A stretch of DNA of 64,000 nucleotides, taken from the NCBI GenBank assembly GCA_030747075.1, contig JASLLL010000013.1, positions 628 to 64,627 on the forward strand, in the 5' to 3' direction. Positions 21,827 to 31,492 of this stretch are shown piece by piece. The stretch's first letter is position 1, and each line of letters begins with the position of its first letter. Made by a program: the position numbers and the translations under genes. The stretch comes from Gemmatimonadota bacterium. Lineage in GTDB: Bacteria; ARS69. The notes below the pieces were generated by a model. It saw only the letters and a program-made list of their open reading frames with translations, had not been told where the DNA came from and did not search any database.

Positions 21827-22625
21827 CAGCCCGCGCGTAGCGGAACAGGCGTCGGAGAGACCCCCGGCGCTTCTTCTGTCCGGAGTGTCGGTGGCTTTCG
21901 AATCGCACCGAACACCGGCGGCCACTCTGAAGGAACACCTGATCCGCTGGACCAAGCGGGATCTTGAGAAGAAGAGTGTCCGCGCTCTGGACGGACTGGA
22001 TCTGCGGGTGGATCGGGGAGAGGTGTTTGGGATCGTCGGGAGAAACGGGGCGGGGAAGAGCACTCTCCTGCGCGTGATTTCCGGCATCCTGCACCCGTCT
22101 CGGGGAAGGGTTCGAGTCTGGGGGAAGGTCACGCCGCTTCTCGGCGTCGGTGCCGGGTTCCACGGCGATCTGACCGGGCGGGAGAATATCGCGCTTTACT
22201 CGGCCATCCTCGGGCGAAGCCCGGAGCGTACCCGTGAGCTGGTGGACGACATCATCCGCTTCTCCGAACTTGCGGACTTTATCGACGCGCCGCTTCGCGT
22301 GTACTCCGCGGGCATGTCCGCACGGCTCGGATTCGCCGTCGCACTGGCCGAGTCGCCGGAGGTCCTTCTGGTTGATGAAGTGCTCGGCGTCGGGGACGAA
22401 CAGTTCCGCCGGAAGTGCCGGGACCGCTTTGAAGAGATCCGCAAGGCCGGCGCCACCATTGTCATCGTGACGCACTCGATGTCCGTTGCCAAAGAGATGT
22501 GCGACCGACTGGCGTGGATCGAGAATGGCAAGGTCCGCGAGTGCGGGACTTCCGAAGAAGTGGCCGCATCCTATGTGGAGTTCCAGAAGGCGGTTCGGAG
22601 CGCCTCCACGATCCGCCCCCGCTGA
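21804..22625 (+). CDS. wzt: Polysaccharide export ABC transporter ATP-binding protein (Wzt/TagH family, no C-terminal carbohydrate-binding domain)
   Basis: Walker A GRNGAGKST, ABC signature, about 270 aa NBD only; start overlaps wzm end. Confidence 0.85.
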   Translation: MRMHTDSDSPRVAEQASERPPALLLSGVSVAFESHRTPAATLKEHLIRWTKRDLEKKSVRALDGLDLRVDRGEVFGIVGRNGAGKSTLLRVISGILHPSRGRVRVWGKVTPLLGVGAGFHGDLTGRENIALYSAILGRSPERTRELVDDIIRFSELADFIDAPLRVYSAGMSARLGFAVALAESPEVLLVDEVLGVGDEQFRRKCRDRFEEIRKAGATIVIVTHSMSVAKEMCDRLAWIENGKVRECGTSEEVAASYVEFQKAVRSASTIRPR

Positions 22626-22788
22626 TCGGAACCGCACTTCTCGCTCGCGGACGGGGCGAGCCGGGTCGCGGGCGGCCGCTTGACTCGGCTCCTTTCGCGT
22701 GGGAGCATCGCTCGACCCGGCCACTGATTCCCACCGTTCTGCGCAGCCCGGGCAGGTTCCCCGAGAGCCTGTGCGGAGGAGGCGCCCC

Positions 22789-25700
22789 TTGCGACCCGTG
22801 ATTCTCGTGCTTGGCATGCATCGAAGCGGCACTTCCGCAGTGGCGGGGGCCGTACGGATGCTCGGCGTAGACCTCGGGGATTCGCTGATGCCGGGACGCG
22901 CGGGGGAGAACCCACAGGGTTTCTTCGAAGACACCCGCGTCATGGCCGCCAACGAGAACATTCTGGAGTCCGCAGCGTCCTCGTGGGATGACCCCTTTGG
23001 AATCGATCCGGGCTGGTTTGATTCGGATGAAGGGAAGCCCCATGCGCGAGACCTTTCATCGCTTCTCGTGGGGATGTTCCCGGAGGATGCGCTGTGCGGA
23101 GTGAAAGACCCGCGCATCTGTCGGTTGCTTCCCGTGTGGACGGCCGCACTGGAGCAGGCGGGACTCGCGCCCCATGTCCTTCTGGTGACCAGGCCTTGCG
23201 CGGAGGTCGCCGATTCGCTGGCTCGAAGGAACGGCTTCTCGCGTGAGAAGTCGGCCTTCCTCTGGGCCGACCATGTCCTTCGGGCGGAGGAGGGGACGCG
23301 GAGGATCCCGCGAGTGTTCCTGCCCTATGCGGACCTGCTGGAGAATCCCGCCGGGGTGCTGGCCGGAGCGGGACACGCTCTGGGAATCACCTGGCCGGTA
23401 TCTCCGGAGGCGGCCTCGACACGGCTGCGCGCATTTGTCACCGGCGAGCTTCGGCACCACCGGGTCGGGGACGCGGAGAAGTCGCATCGTCGCGCAGACG
23501 GATTCGTGCGGGAACTGGATCTGCTGCTGGAAAGCGTCGCGGGCGGTTGCGGCGGCGGCGGCACGACCCGGTTTGACCGAATGGCGGAGCAAGTGGCGGC
23601 CGTCCTTCCCCGAATGGATCCGCTCTGGCAGGAACACTTGAGCCGTGGCGTCCGGGTGGCGGATCAAGTTGCGGGGCTGGAACAGACCTTGTCCGATCGG
23701 ACCGAGTGGCTGCGTGCGTCGGCGGAGGAAGTGAAGAGTCTTCGGGCCGCCGTGGAGGAGATGCGCAACGCCGGATCCAAAGACGCGACCCGCCTGCGGG
23801 TGGAAGTGGAGGAGATTCGCGCCGCGACGCTGGATGTCGGCCGGCGCGTGGATCGTCTGGACTTCTTCCGGCTTGGCATGCGACTGGTCCGGTTCTCTCG
23901 ACGGGTGGCGGGCCGCCTGGTGCGCGGCGCGGCGCGGCGAAGGAGCGCCCTTCACGGCAGACTCCGCGACGCATTCCTGAAGCGGCCGGTGACCCGCGCG
24001 CGAGTGACTGGGATTGCACTGCCTCAGCATGAACATCCGGATGTCTCGATCATCATCCCCGTGTTCAACCAGACGGGTCATACCGTCCGGTGCCTGGAAT
24101 CGCTGGCGGCATTGCGGGAGGAGACCTCCTTCGAGGTGGTCCTGGTGGATGACGCCTCCACGGCCGCGTCGATTGGCCTGCTGGCGTCGGTAAGGTCGAT
24201 CCGACTCGTGCGAAACGAACGCAATCTCGGGTTTGTGCATTCGTGCAATCGGGGCGCGAAGGAGGCGAAGGGGCGGCACCTTCTCTTCCTGAACAACGAC
24301 ACGCGCGTGGAGCCGGGTTTCCTGGACCGGCTTCGGGCCTCTTTGGAGGAGTTCCCGGATGCGGGGATTGTGGGTGCCCAACTGGTGTACCCGGACGGCC
24401 GCCTGCAGGAATCGGGCGGGATCGTCTGGGAGGACGCCAGTGCGTGGAATTACGGTCACGGGAGAGACCCGTCCGCACCGGAGGTTTCGTATCTTCGCGA
24501 AGTCGATTACTGCTCCGGTGCATGCATCCTGGTGGACCGGAGTCTGTTCAACGAACTGGGCGGGTTCGATGAGCGGTACGCTCCCGCCTACTACGAAGAT
24601 GTGGATCTTGCTTTTCGCGTTCGCGAGGCCGGTCGACGCGTGCTTGTCAACCCTGTGGCGCGTGTCATTCATTGCGAAGGTGCCACTTCCGGTACGGACC
24701 CGGAGAGTGGTGTGAAGCGGTACCAGGTGCGCAACCAGCAGATCTTCCTGGATCGATGGCGGAAGGAACTTGGCTGCCACGGCCGAAACGGGGAAGACCC
24801 GGAACGGGCGAAGGAGCGGAAGGCCCGTTCCCGCGTCCTCGTCATCGACCACCGTATGCCGACTCCCGATCAGGACGCGGGATCGCAGCGAATCCAATGG
24901 ATGATGCGGATTCTTCGCGACCTCGGCCATCGAGTGACCTTTCTGCCCGACAATCTACTCCCGTCCGAACCCTACGGGGCAGACCTTCGCGCGCTGGGCG
25001 TGGAGGTATGGCAGTCACCGCACCTCAGGACGATCCGCCACTTCCTGGAGTGCCGGGGGAGCGAGTTCGATCTTGTGATTCTGAGCCGTCTGGGTACGGC
25101 GGGAACTCATATCGATGATGTGCGGAGGCTCTGTCCGCGGGCGCGGGTCGTCTTCGATACGGTGGACCTGCACTTTCTTCGTGAAGAGCGGGCCGCAGAG
25201 TTGACCGGGAGTGCCGCCGATCTCGCGGCCGCGCGGGAGACACGCACGCGGGAACTCTCGGTGGCCCGCCGTGCGCACGAGACGCTGGTCGTCAGTGAAG
25301 AGGAACGCGAACTCATCCAGAGCATCGATCCGAATCTCGCCGTGCGTATCGTCCCCACCATCCACGAGACTTCCGCGTCCGGGCTTCCATTCGAGGAGCG
25401 GCACGGACTTCTCTTCGTGGGGGGGTTCGAGCATCCGCCCAATGCTGATGGCGTCCGGTGGTTCGTGGAGACCGTGCTGCCGATGGTACGGGAGGAACTG
25501 CCGGATGTTTCGCTTCGGATCGTGGGCAGCAAGCCGACACCGGAGATGGATGCTCTCGCGGGACGGGGCGTGGATGTCGCCGGGTGGGTGCCGGATCTCG
25601 AAGCGCTTCTCCGCGAGTCCCGGGTATCCATCGCGCCGCTCCGGTTTGGCGCCGGGGTGAAGGGGAAAGTCTGCGAGAGCCTCGCGCACGGGTTGCCGAC

Positions 25701-25971
25701 CGTGGGAACGAGCATCGCCTGCGAGGGGATGGCGCTCACTCATCGAACAGACATCTGCATCGCGGACACGGCGCACGACTTCGCGCGGGAAGTGGTGCGT
25801 CTGCATCAGGATCGTGCCTTGTGGACGCAGTTGGCCTCAGCGGGGCAGGAAGTGATCCGGAACCGGTTCTCTCCCGCCGTAGCCAGGGACGCACTTCGAC
25901 GACTGGGGCGCGGCCCCGCCGAATCCCCCCGGGGGGGACTCCTGGCGGTGGAAGCCCAACTACTCTCATGA
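22789..25971 (+). CDS. Multidomain glycan-modifying enzyme: sulfotransferase - coiled-coil - GT2 - GT4(GT-B)
   Basis: N-term PAPS 5'-PSB motif GMHRSGTS and 3'-PB-like VKDPR; central heptad-rich helix; GT2 (VSIIIPVFN...VVLVDDAS); C-terminal GT4 with E-x7-E (GVKGKVCESLAHGLP). TTG start with GGAGGA RBS. Confidence 0.8.
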   Translation: MRPVILVLGMHRSGTSAVAGAVRMLGVDLGDSLMPGRAGENPQGFFEDTRVMAANENILESAASSWDDPFGIDPGWFDSDEGKPHARDLSSLLVGMFPEDALCGVKDPRICRLLPVWTAALEQAGLAPHVLLVTRPCAEVADSLARRNGFSREKSAFLWADHVLRAEEGTRRIPRVFLPYADLLENPAGVLAGAGHALGITWPVSPEAASTRLRAFVTGELRHHRVGDAEKSHRRADGFVRELDLLLESVAGGCGGGGTTRFDRMAEQVAAVLPRMDPLWQEHLSRGVRVADQVAGLEQTLSDRTEWLRASAEEVKSLRAAVEEMRNAGSKDATRLRVEVEEIRAATLDVGRRVDRLDFFRLGMRLVRFSRRVAGRLVRGAARRRSALHGRLRDAFLKRPVTRARVTGIALPQHEHPDVSIIIPVFNQTGHTVRCLESLAALREETSFEVVLVDDASTAASIGLLASVRSIRLVRNERNLGFVHSCNRGAKEAKGRHLLFLNNDTRVEPGFLDRLRASLEEFPDAGIVGAQLVYPDGRLQESGGIVWEDASAWNYGHGRDPSAPEVSYLREVDYCSGACILVDRSLFNELGGFDERYAPAYYEDVDLAFRVREAGRRVLVNPVARVIHCEGATSGTDPESGVKRYQVRNQQIFLDRWRKELGCHGRNGEDPERAKERKARSRVLVIDHRMPTPDQDAGSQRIQWMMRILRDLGHRVTFLPDNLLPSEPYGADLRALGVEVWQSPHLRTIRHFLECRGSEFDLVILSRLGTAGTHIDDVRRLCPRARVVFDTVDLHFLREERAAELTGSAADLAAARETRTRELSVARRAHETLVVSEEERELIQSIDPNLAVRIVPTIHETSASGLPFEERHGLLFVGGFEHPPNADGVRWFVETVLPMVREELPDVSLRIVGSKPTPEMDALAGRGVDVAGWVPDLEALLRESRVSIAPLRFGAGVKGKVCESLAHGLPTVGTSIACEGMALTHRTDICIADTAHDFAREVVRLHQDRALWTQLASAGQEVIRNRFSPAVARDALRRLGRGPAESPRGGLLAVEAQLLS

Positions 25972-25987
25972 CAGGAGGCGACCAGAA

Positions 25988-27451
25988 ATGGCATTGACCG
26001 CACTGGCCGGTCCACCCGGAGTGGGGAAGACCACCCACCTCATTGGAAGGCTCGAGGACGCGCAGAATGCCGGGAATCCCACGGCGCTCTTTTTGTGCAG
26101 CGACTCGGACGATCTTCGATCGCGCCCGAATGTCCGGGAAGGCGGCACCATGGGATGTCGCACTCCCGGGATGGGCGCGACCATTGACCACTTCGTTTCG
26201 GCAGCGGAAGCAGGCCGTATCCTCTCGGAACTTCCCGCCGGGAGCCTGGCGGCCTTCGACGAAGCGGCGTGGTTCGGTGTGGACATCGTGGAGGCGTGGA
26301 TCGAAGCGGAGCGGCGAGGAGTGGATGTCGTGGTGTCTTCGCTCTCCGAGCAGCAGGTGGCAATCCTGAAAGAGCGAAGCTACCCGGTCACGCGGCTTAC
26401 CGTACCCTGCATGCTTTGCGGGAAGGACCGGGGGCGTCACTCGCACGAACTGTTCCACACGGCGGAGCGCGGTTTCGTCGTGGTGTGCGATGCCTGTCGC
26501 GAGGCGGTCGCCAGGAACCAATGCCGATCGGAACCTTCTTCTCTGGATGGTGAACTCTGCGAGGAGCTCACTTCGGAACTCAGGCGCATGAAGCCCTTCC
26601 CGGGAAAGGAGCACGCGTATCAGCCGGTCTTCGGGTTGGACCTCCCGGGCTGGGAACTGGTGCGGGGAGACACGCCGATTCGCGCGGACCTCATTCGAGA
26701 GGTGCTGGAGGCGGCCTTCCCGGCGTGGAGCGCGTCATCGAGGGCGGGCGAAGCCGACGGTCGTCCCAGCTTCATCGATCTGGGATGCTGCACCGGGTTT
26801 TTCTGCGAGTACTTTGCGGCGCGGGGATGGGAGGCCTGGGGGCTGGACATCGACGAGGACTTCATCGCGCTGGCTCGGCGCGTGTCACAGGCTCTTGGAA
26901 GCGGAGTGGAGTACTGCCAGTCCGCGCTTCTTCCCCATGTGCAGGGCCATCCCGGCGCCCGGTTTGATGTGACCACTTCGTTCGCGACCGTGCAGTGGGT
27001 GATCGCCCAGAGCGGTCTGGATGCGGGGCTGGAGTGCTTCGACTGGATCTTCGGCGCGGCGCGGAAGATGTGTGTTCTTGAGATGGGCTACTCGGAAGAG
27101 GAGATCTACCGGGAGAAGCTGCCCGTGCGCATCGACCGCGAGTGGGTTGAAGAACTCATGCGAACCCGTGGAGGATTCGACGAGGTTCTCGTGATTCCGA
27201 AGGGATCGCGGGGCGTCTGGCGAGATCTCTTCATCGGTCTGAAGGATCCGGAAGTGTGCGGAGTGACCGTGTCCGGGGAGGGCGCGGCCGAACCGGGCCG
27301 ACCCGCGCCCGTATGGAACGCGGCCGGTATTCTAGGGCTGGCAGCGCGTGCCGTGCGAAACCCGGGGCGCGTCGTGCAACTGGGCGGGAAGGCCGTACAG
27401 GATCCGGCGAGGGCGATGCGCGAACTGGGGCGGCGGTTGCGCGGCGGTTGA
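25988..27451 (+). CDS. Fusion protein: thymidine-kinase-fold P-loop + Zn-ribbon domain / class I SAM-dependent methyltransferase
   Basis: N-term GPPGVGKTT (Walker A), FDEAAWF (TK Walker B-like), CMLCG...CDAC zinc ribbon in TK order; C-term motif I IDLGCCTG and post-I acidic residue; AGGAGG RBS. Confidence 0.7.
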   Translation: MALTALAGPPGVGKTTHLIGRLEDAQNAGNPTALFLCSDSDDLRSRPNVREGGTMGCRTPGMGATIDHFVSAAEAGRILSELPAGSLAAFDEAAWFGVDIVEAWIEAERRGVDVVVSSLSEQQVAILKERSYPVTRLTVPCMLCGKDRGRHSHELFHTAERGFVVVCDACREAVARNQCRSEPSSLDGELCEELTSELRRMKPFPGKEHAYQPVFGLDLPGWELVRGDTPIRADLIREVLEAAFPAWSASSRAGEADGRPSFIDLGCCTGFFCEYFAARGWEAWGLDIDEDFIALARRVSQALGSGVEYCQSALLPHVQGHPGARFDVTTSFATVQWVIAQSGLDAGLECFDWIFGAARKMCVLEMGYSEEEIYREKLPVRIDREWVEELMRTRGGFDEVLVIPKGSRGVWRDLFIGLKDPEVCGVTVSGEGAAEPGRPAPVWNAAGILGLAARAVRNPGRVVQLGGKAVQDPARAMRELGRRLRGG

Positions 27452-27459
27452 TCGTTCGT

Positions 27460-29106
27460 TCACCGAAGCGTGGACGCCAGCCTCGCGCGATGCGGATCCA
27501 GGAAGGGGCATTCGGACTCCCGGTTCATCGCGATCGGGAGCAGCGGGTCTTCCGTCAGGCGCGATCTCCACCGCTGCCGCATGGTGATGACTTCCCGCGG
27601 GTCAAGGAGACGGCTGCGGGTGCGGGTCTCGTGGTGGATCAACTCGGCACGCGGCTCGTACAGAATCCGCCCTCCGCGCTGAGTCAGCCGGAGGCACAGG
27701 TCGACATCGTTGAACGAGACGGGCAGATCTCCGGCGTCGAGTCCCCCCAACTCCTCAAAGGCGCCGCGACGAACCAGGAGGCAGGCGGCGGTGGCCGCCG
27801 AGACTTCCCGTGCGGTACGAGCTCCGGTTCCCGGAAAAACCTCGCGCCCTCCCGAAGAACCCCACTCCCGACCCAGATGACCCGCGACCGTGCCGATCCC
27901 GAGCCCAATGCCCGCGTGCTGGCAGGTGCCGTCGGGATAGAGCAGCCGCGCGCCCACCGCGTCCACGCCCGGCCAGTGCATGGCGGCGACGAGGTGCGTG
28001 AGCCATGCGCCGTCGATCGCTTCCGTGTCGTTGTTGAGCATCAGGAGGAAGTCCCCGCTCGCTTCCGCTGCGGCTGTGTTCGTGATCCGGGCGAAGTTGA
28101 AGGAGCCTCCCTCGCGAATCACGCGTACCCCGGCGTGCTTTTCGGCCTCTTCCAGCAGGTGAAGCGCACGCGGATCTGTCGTGAGGTGATCCACCAGAAT
28201 CACCTCGTGACGGACTCCGCCATCCAGCCGCTCGATGGAGTTGAGGAGTCGGCCGAGCAGGTCCGGCTGATCTCGCGTCGGGATCAGGAGGGACACGAGG
28301 GGGTCGGCATCGATCCGGGGGTGGATGCTCAGTGTCTCCGGATCGTCTCCCGCACTCACCGGGGCCGCCGTCCCCCGATCGGCGAGAAACGATGCCACCG
28401 CATCCATCCGCCCGCGCAGAGGGCCGAAGAGCGGGTCGTCGTCGCGCTCCGGCCGACGAAGGACCGGCAGCGGCAGGTGGCGCACAGCGTCGGCTTCGTC
28501 GGTCGCCCGAAGAAGCACATCGGTCCAGTCGGCTCCCTCCCGCAGTCGTCTTGAGGCAGCCTGCGCGGGGATGGCGGTCGCGGCGCCCGGGAACCTACCG
28601 GGGTGCGTCAGCGCGAGAAGCGGACTCCACGCCGGCTTGAGATCACCTCGGAGGGAGCCACCGGGAGCAAGCCGGACTTCGTCCGCGTACAGCACACCGC
28701 CCTCGTCGAGATCGGCAATGTGCCCAAGCCACGCATTTCCCGAATCGGACACGAACTCGTCGCCCGCAGCCAGCGCGACCCACCTCTCGCCGGGACGCTC
28801 CACGGCGGGAGGCGCCTCCCCGCGGCACACATCACTTGCGGGGAGACCGGCGCCGAGGAGCGAATCCCGGGTTCGCTGTTCGTCCCCCTCTCCGAAGAGC
28901 AGGACGCGGACGGGGGCCGGGGAGCGACAAACGCGAACCGCGGGACGCGCCCGGGCCACGGCGGACAGCCATCGCCGGATCTGTTCAGCCTCGGTGCGCC
29001 GCTGCTCGATGCGGCCGCGGAGGCGTCGCACGATTCTGCCGAACGCATGGAACCCCTCGGCGCGAATGAGAGTGCGGGCTGCGCGCACGCGGTGAAGAAG
29101 GTTCAC
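27460..29106 (-). CDS. Glycosyltransferase family 2 with about 300-aa N-terminal domain of unknown function
   Basis: C-terminal GT2: LVSLLIPTRDQPDLL...VILVDHLTTD...MLNNDTEA...; start chosen as GTG 4 nt after upstream GT4 stop (could extend to 29424). Confidence 0.7.
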   Translation of the reverse strand: MNLLHRVRAARTLIRAEGFHAFGRIVRRLRGRIEQRRTEAEQIRRWLSAVARARPAVRVCRSPAPVRVLLFGEGDEQRTRDSLLGAGLPASDVCRGEAPPAVERPGERWVALAAGDEFVSDSGNAWLGHIADLDEGGVLYADEVRLAPGGSLRGDLKPAWSPLLALTHPGRFPGAATAIPAQAASRRLREGADWTDVLLRATDEADAVRHLPLPVLRRPERDDDPLFGPLRGRMDAVASFLADRGTAAPVSAGDDPETLSIHPRIDADPLVSLLIPTRDQPDLLGRLLNSIERLDGGVRHEVILVDHLTTDPRALHLLEEAEKHAGVRVIREGGSFNFARITNTAAAEASGDFLLMLNNDTEAIDGAWLTHLVAAMHWPGVDAVGARLLYPDGTCQHAGIGLGIGTVAGHLGREWGSSGGREVFPGTGARTAREVSAATAACLLVRRGAFEELGGLDAGDLPVSFNDVDLCLRLTQRGGRILYEPRAELIHHETRTRSRLLDPREVITMRQRWRSRLTEDPLLPIAMNRESECPFLDPHRARLASTLR

Positions 29107-29110
29107 GGGT

Positions 29111-30223
29111 TCATCTCCCCGCCGCCCTGCGATATCCGTCCCGCGTCGCCCGCGCAGTTTCCGCCCAGTCGAAGAGGGCGGCGCGGGCCGGGCCGAGTGC
29201 CGCGAGTTCCCCGCGACGGCGGTCGTCCATCCAGAGCCGCGCGAGGGCATCCGCAAGCGCACGGGCGGTCTCCACCGATGCAAACGCGGCCGCGTCGCCC
29301 AGGACTTCGCGATGCGGAGGGATGTCGCTGGCGAGCACCGGCCCGCCGCAGGCCGCCGCTTCCAGCGCGGGGAGCCCGAAGCCTTCGCATCGCGAGGGAA
29401 CGAGTACCAGTCTCGCTCCGGCATACAGAAGCGGAAGGTCGGTGTCGGTTACGGGACACAGGATGCGGACGCGCGAAACCCCCGCGGCAATGGGTTCCAG
29501 TCTGGCGCGGGTTTCGTGATCGCGTGCCGGGATGACGAGTTCCGCGTCGGCGAGTCCCGCGGCGCGAAACGCACGGAGCGCGCCGTCGAGATTCTTGTGG
29601 GGCCGATGCGAAGCGACGCAGAGGAGGAAGGGCCGTGTGAGACCCCGACCCGCCAGGAACTCCGTCACGCTCTCAGGCGATGGCGGAGCGAACACAGGCG
29701 CAACGGCGTGGGGGATCACCGTGAACCGGTCGGCCGGAGCGCGAAGGCACCGGGTCAGCTCCGCCCGGGCCGCTTCCGAGCCGGTGAAGAGAACGGCGGA
29801 CGACCGGATCGACCACGCCATCATGATGCGGGCGTAGAGCCGGTGGAGCGGAGAGCGGGGGAAGAGCAAGTGGATGGGGTCATGCATCGTGACCACCACG
29901 CGGCACCCGGGAGCCGCCGAGCGCACATAGTGCGGGAAGTGCAGAACATCGAGCTGATGCCGGCTTGCCGCGCCACGGAAGGCCGCCAGTTCCTTCACGC
30001 TGTAGAGCGGCGCACGGCATTGCGCCAGCCGGAAGCGCTCCGGGTCGAGGAGTTCAGGCAGTCCCCCCGGAAGCGCACGGAGATCCGGCTCCGGAAGAAA
30101 GAGCGTGTACCGCTCCGGACCGTGGAGTCCGGCGAGCCCCGTGAGGAGTCCCTCAAGGTATCGTCCGATTCCGAAGTCGCGGATCTTGCGCGCATCGATG
30201 CCGATGTGCAGCGGAGCAGTCAT
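29111..30223 (-). CDS. Glycosyltransferase family 4 (GT-B)
   Basis: GT4 C-terminal domain with EGFGLPALEAAACGGPVL (E-x7-E); ATG overlaps stop of upstream GT4 (ATGA). Confidence 0.8.
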   Translation of the reverse strand: MTAPLHIGIDARKIRDFGIGRYLEGLLTGLAGLHGPERYTLFLPEPDLRALPGGLPELLDPERFRLAQCRAPLYSVKELAAFRGAASRHQLDVLHFPHYVRSAAPGCRVVVTMHDPIHLLFPRSPLHRLYARIMMAWSIRSSAVLFTGSEAARAELTRCLRAPADRFTVIPHAVAPVFAPPSPESVTEFLAGRGLTRPFLLCVASHRPHKNLDGALRAFRAAGLADAELVIPARDHETRARLEPIAAGVSRVRILCPVTDTDLPLLYAGARLVLVPSRCEGFGLPALEAAACGGPVLASDIPPHREVLGDAAAFASVETARALADALARLWMDDRRRGELAALGPARAALFDWAETARATRDGYRRAAGR

Positions 30224-31359
30224 CGGTCGGCGGCCTCCATGGCTTTGCGGTAGGTGTCCAGCGTAGCGCGTGCGGCTGCTTTCCATGAGAACTTCTTCGC
30301 CCGGACCTGCCCCGCGCTCCTCAGTGCGGCATGGAGTTCGGGATCGTTGAGCGCGCGGAGAATGCCGCGGGCGATCGAGCCCGGTTCGTGCGGATCGATC
30401 ATGACGGCGGCTTCGCCCGCGATCTCCCGAATGGATGGGATCGCGCTGGCCACCACGGGCACGCCGCACGCCATCGCTTCCAGTACGGGCAGACCGAATC
30501 CCTCTTCGAACGAAGGGAAGACGAACGCTTCCGCCCCGGAGTAGAGCGCCGGGAGATCCTTCGCATCCACGAATCCGGTTGTGAGGACGGAATCCGCGGG
30601 GTCGTCACCCTCCAGGGCGCGGACGAACTCGCTCTCAAGCCATGCGGCCTTCCCCGCCACGACGAGGCGGAGGTTGCTTTCGTGGGCGTTGCGCACTTCC
30701 CGAAAGGCACGCAGCAGTCCGGGGAGGTTCTTGCGAGGCTCCAGATTCCCCACGAAGAGAAGGTACGGTTGCGAGATGTTCAGCTTGTGCAGGACCTCGT
30801 CCACCCGCGTGGGAGTCTCCGGGGAGAAGCGGGATGCCACGCCGTGGGGGATGGCGTCGATCCTGTGGGCCGGAATGTGGAAGGCGGCGCACAGATTCTC
30901 CCGCATGGCACCCGATCCCGTGATGACGCGGGTCGCGCGGCGCAGGGACTTCGGGATGAGCCAGCGCATGTAGGCGGCGTATCGACGGGGGATGGTCTGC
31001 GGGTGCGTAAAGGCGATCAGGTCGTGGATTGTGGCAACAGCGACGGGCTTTCCGGGGAAGAGGGGGACGAGGTAGTTCGGTCCGTGGATGAGATCCACGC
31101 CGAGCTTTCTGGCCCGGCGGGGCAGGACGAAGTGCTCCCATGCGTCACCCGACGGATGGCTTTCGTGAGAGAAGGGGGCCTCGATCAGCTGGAATCGACC
31201 GTCGAGGTCGAGCCCCCGCAGGGCCGTCTCCGCAGGGGCAAGGAGCAGGAACTCGTGGTCGCTGTCGATCTGCGAGAAGCCCCTCACCAGCTCAAGGACA
31301 TAGTTCCCCACGCCGGAGAACTCACGCCCCACCGTTCGGGCATCGAGGAGGATTCGCAT
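30220..31359 (-). CDS. Glycosyltransferase family 4 (GT-B)
   Basis: MRILLDARTV... GT4 N-domain; EEGFGLPVLEAMACGVPVV E-x7-E. Confidence 0.85.
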   Translation of the reverse strand: MRILLDARTVGREFSGVGNYVLELVRGFSQIDSDHEFLLLAPAETALRGLDLDGRFQLIEAPFSHESHPSGDAWEHFVLPRRARKLGVDLIHGPNYLVPLFPGKPVAVATIHDLIAFTHPQTIPRRYAAYMRWLIPKSLRRATRVITGSGAMRENLCAAFHIPAHRIDAIPHGVASRFSPETPTRVDEVLHKLNISQPYLLFVGNLEPRKNLPGLLRAFREVRNAHESNLRLVVAGKAAWLESEFVRALEGDDPADSVLTTGFVDAKDLPALYSGAEAFVFPSFEEGFGLPVLEAMACGVPVVASAIPSIREIAGEAAVMIDPHEPGSIARGILRALNDPELHAALRSAGQVRAKKFSWKAAARATLDTYRKAMEAADR

Positions 31360-31492
31360 CGGTCGGTCCGGCCTCCCGGCGGGGAGGCTCCCCCCGCGAT
31401 GCGTCAGCGTACGATGGTGCGCCCCTTCGGGCGACGCGATTCTTCCCGGAGAGCCGCCGGGCTGTTACCTTGCGCCCTCGGGAGGGGATGCC

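Noticed and set aside
18631-25806. Several long minus-strand ORFs (18631-20112, 21504-23117, 23056-24930, 25015-25806)
   Set aside because: All are antisense to the strongly supported rmlA/rmlD/wzm/wzt/multidomain GT genes, with no independent evidence.
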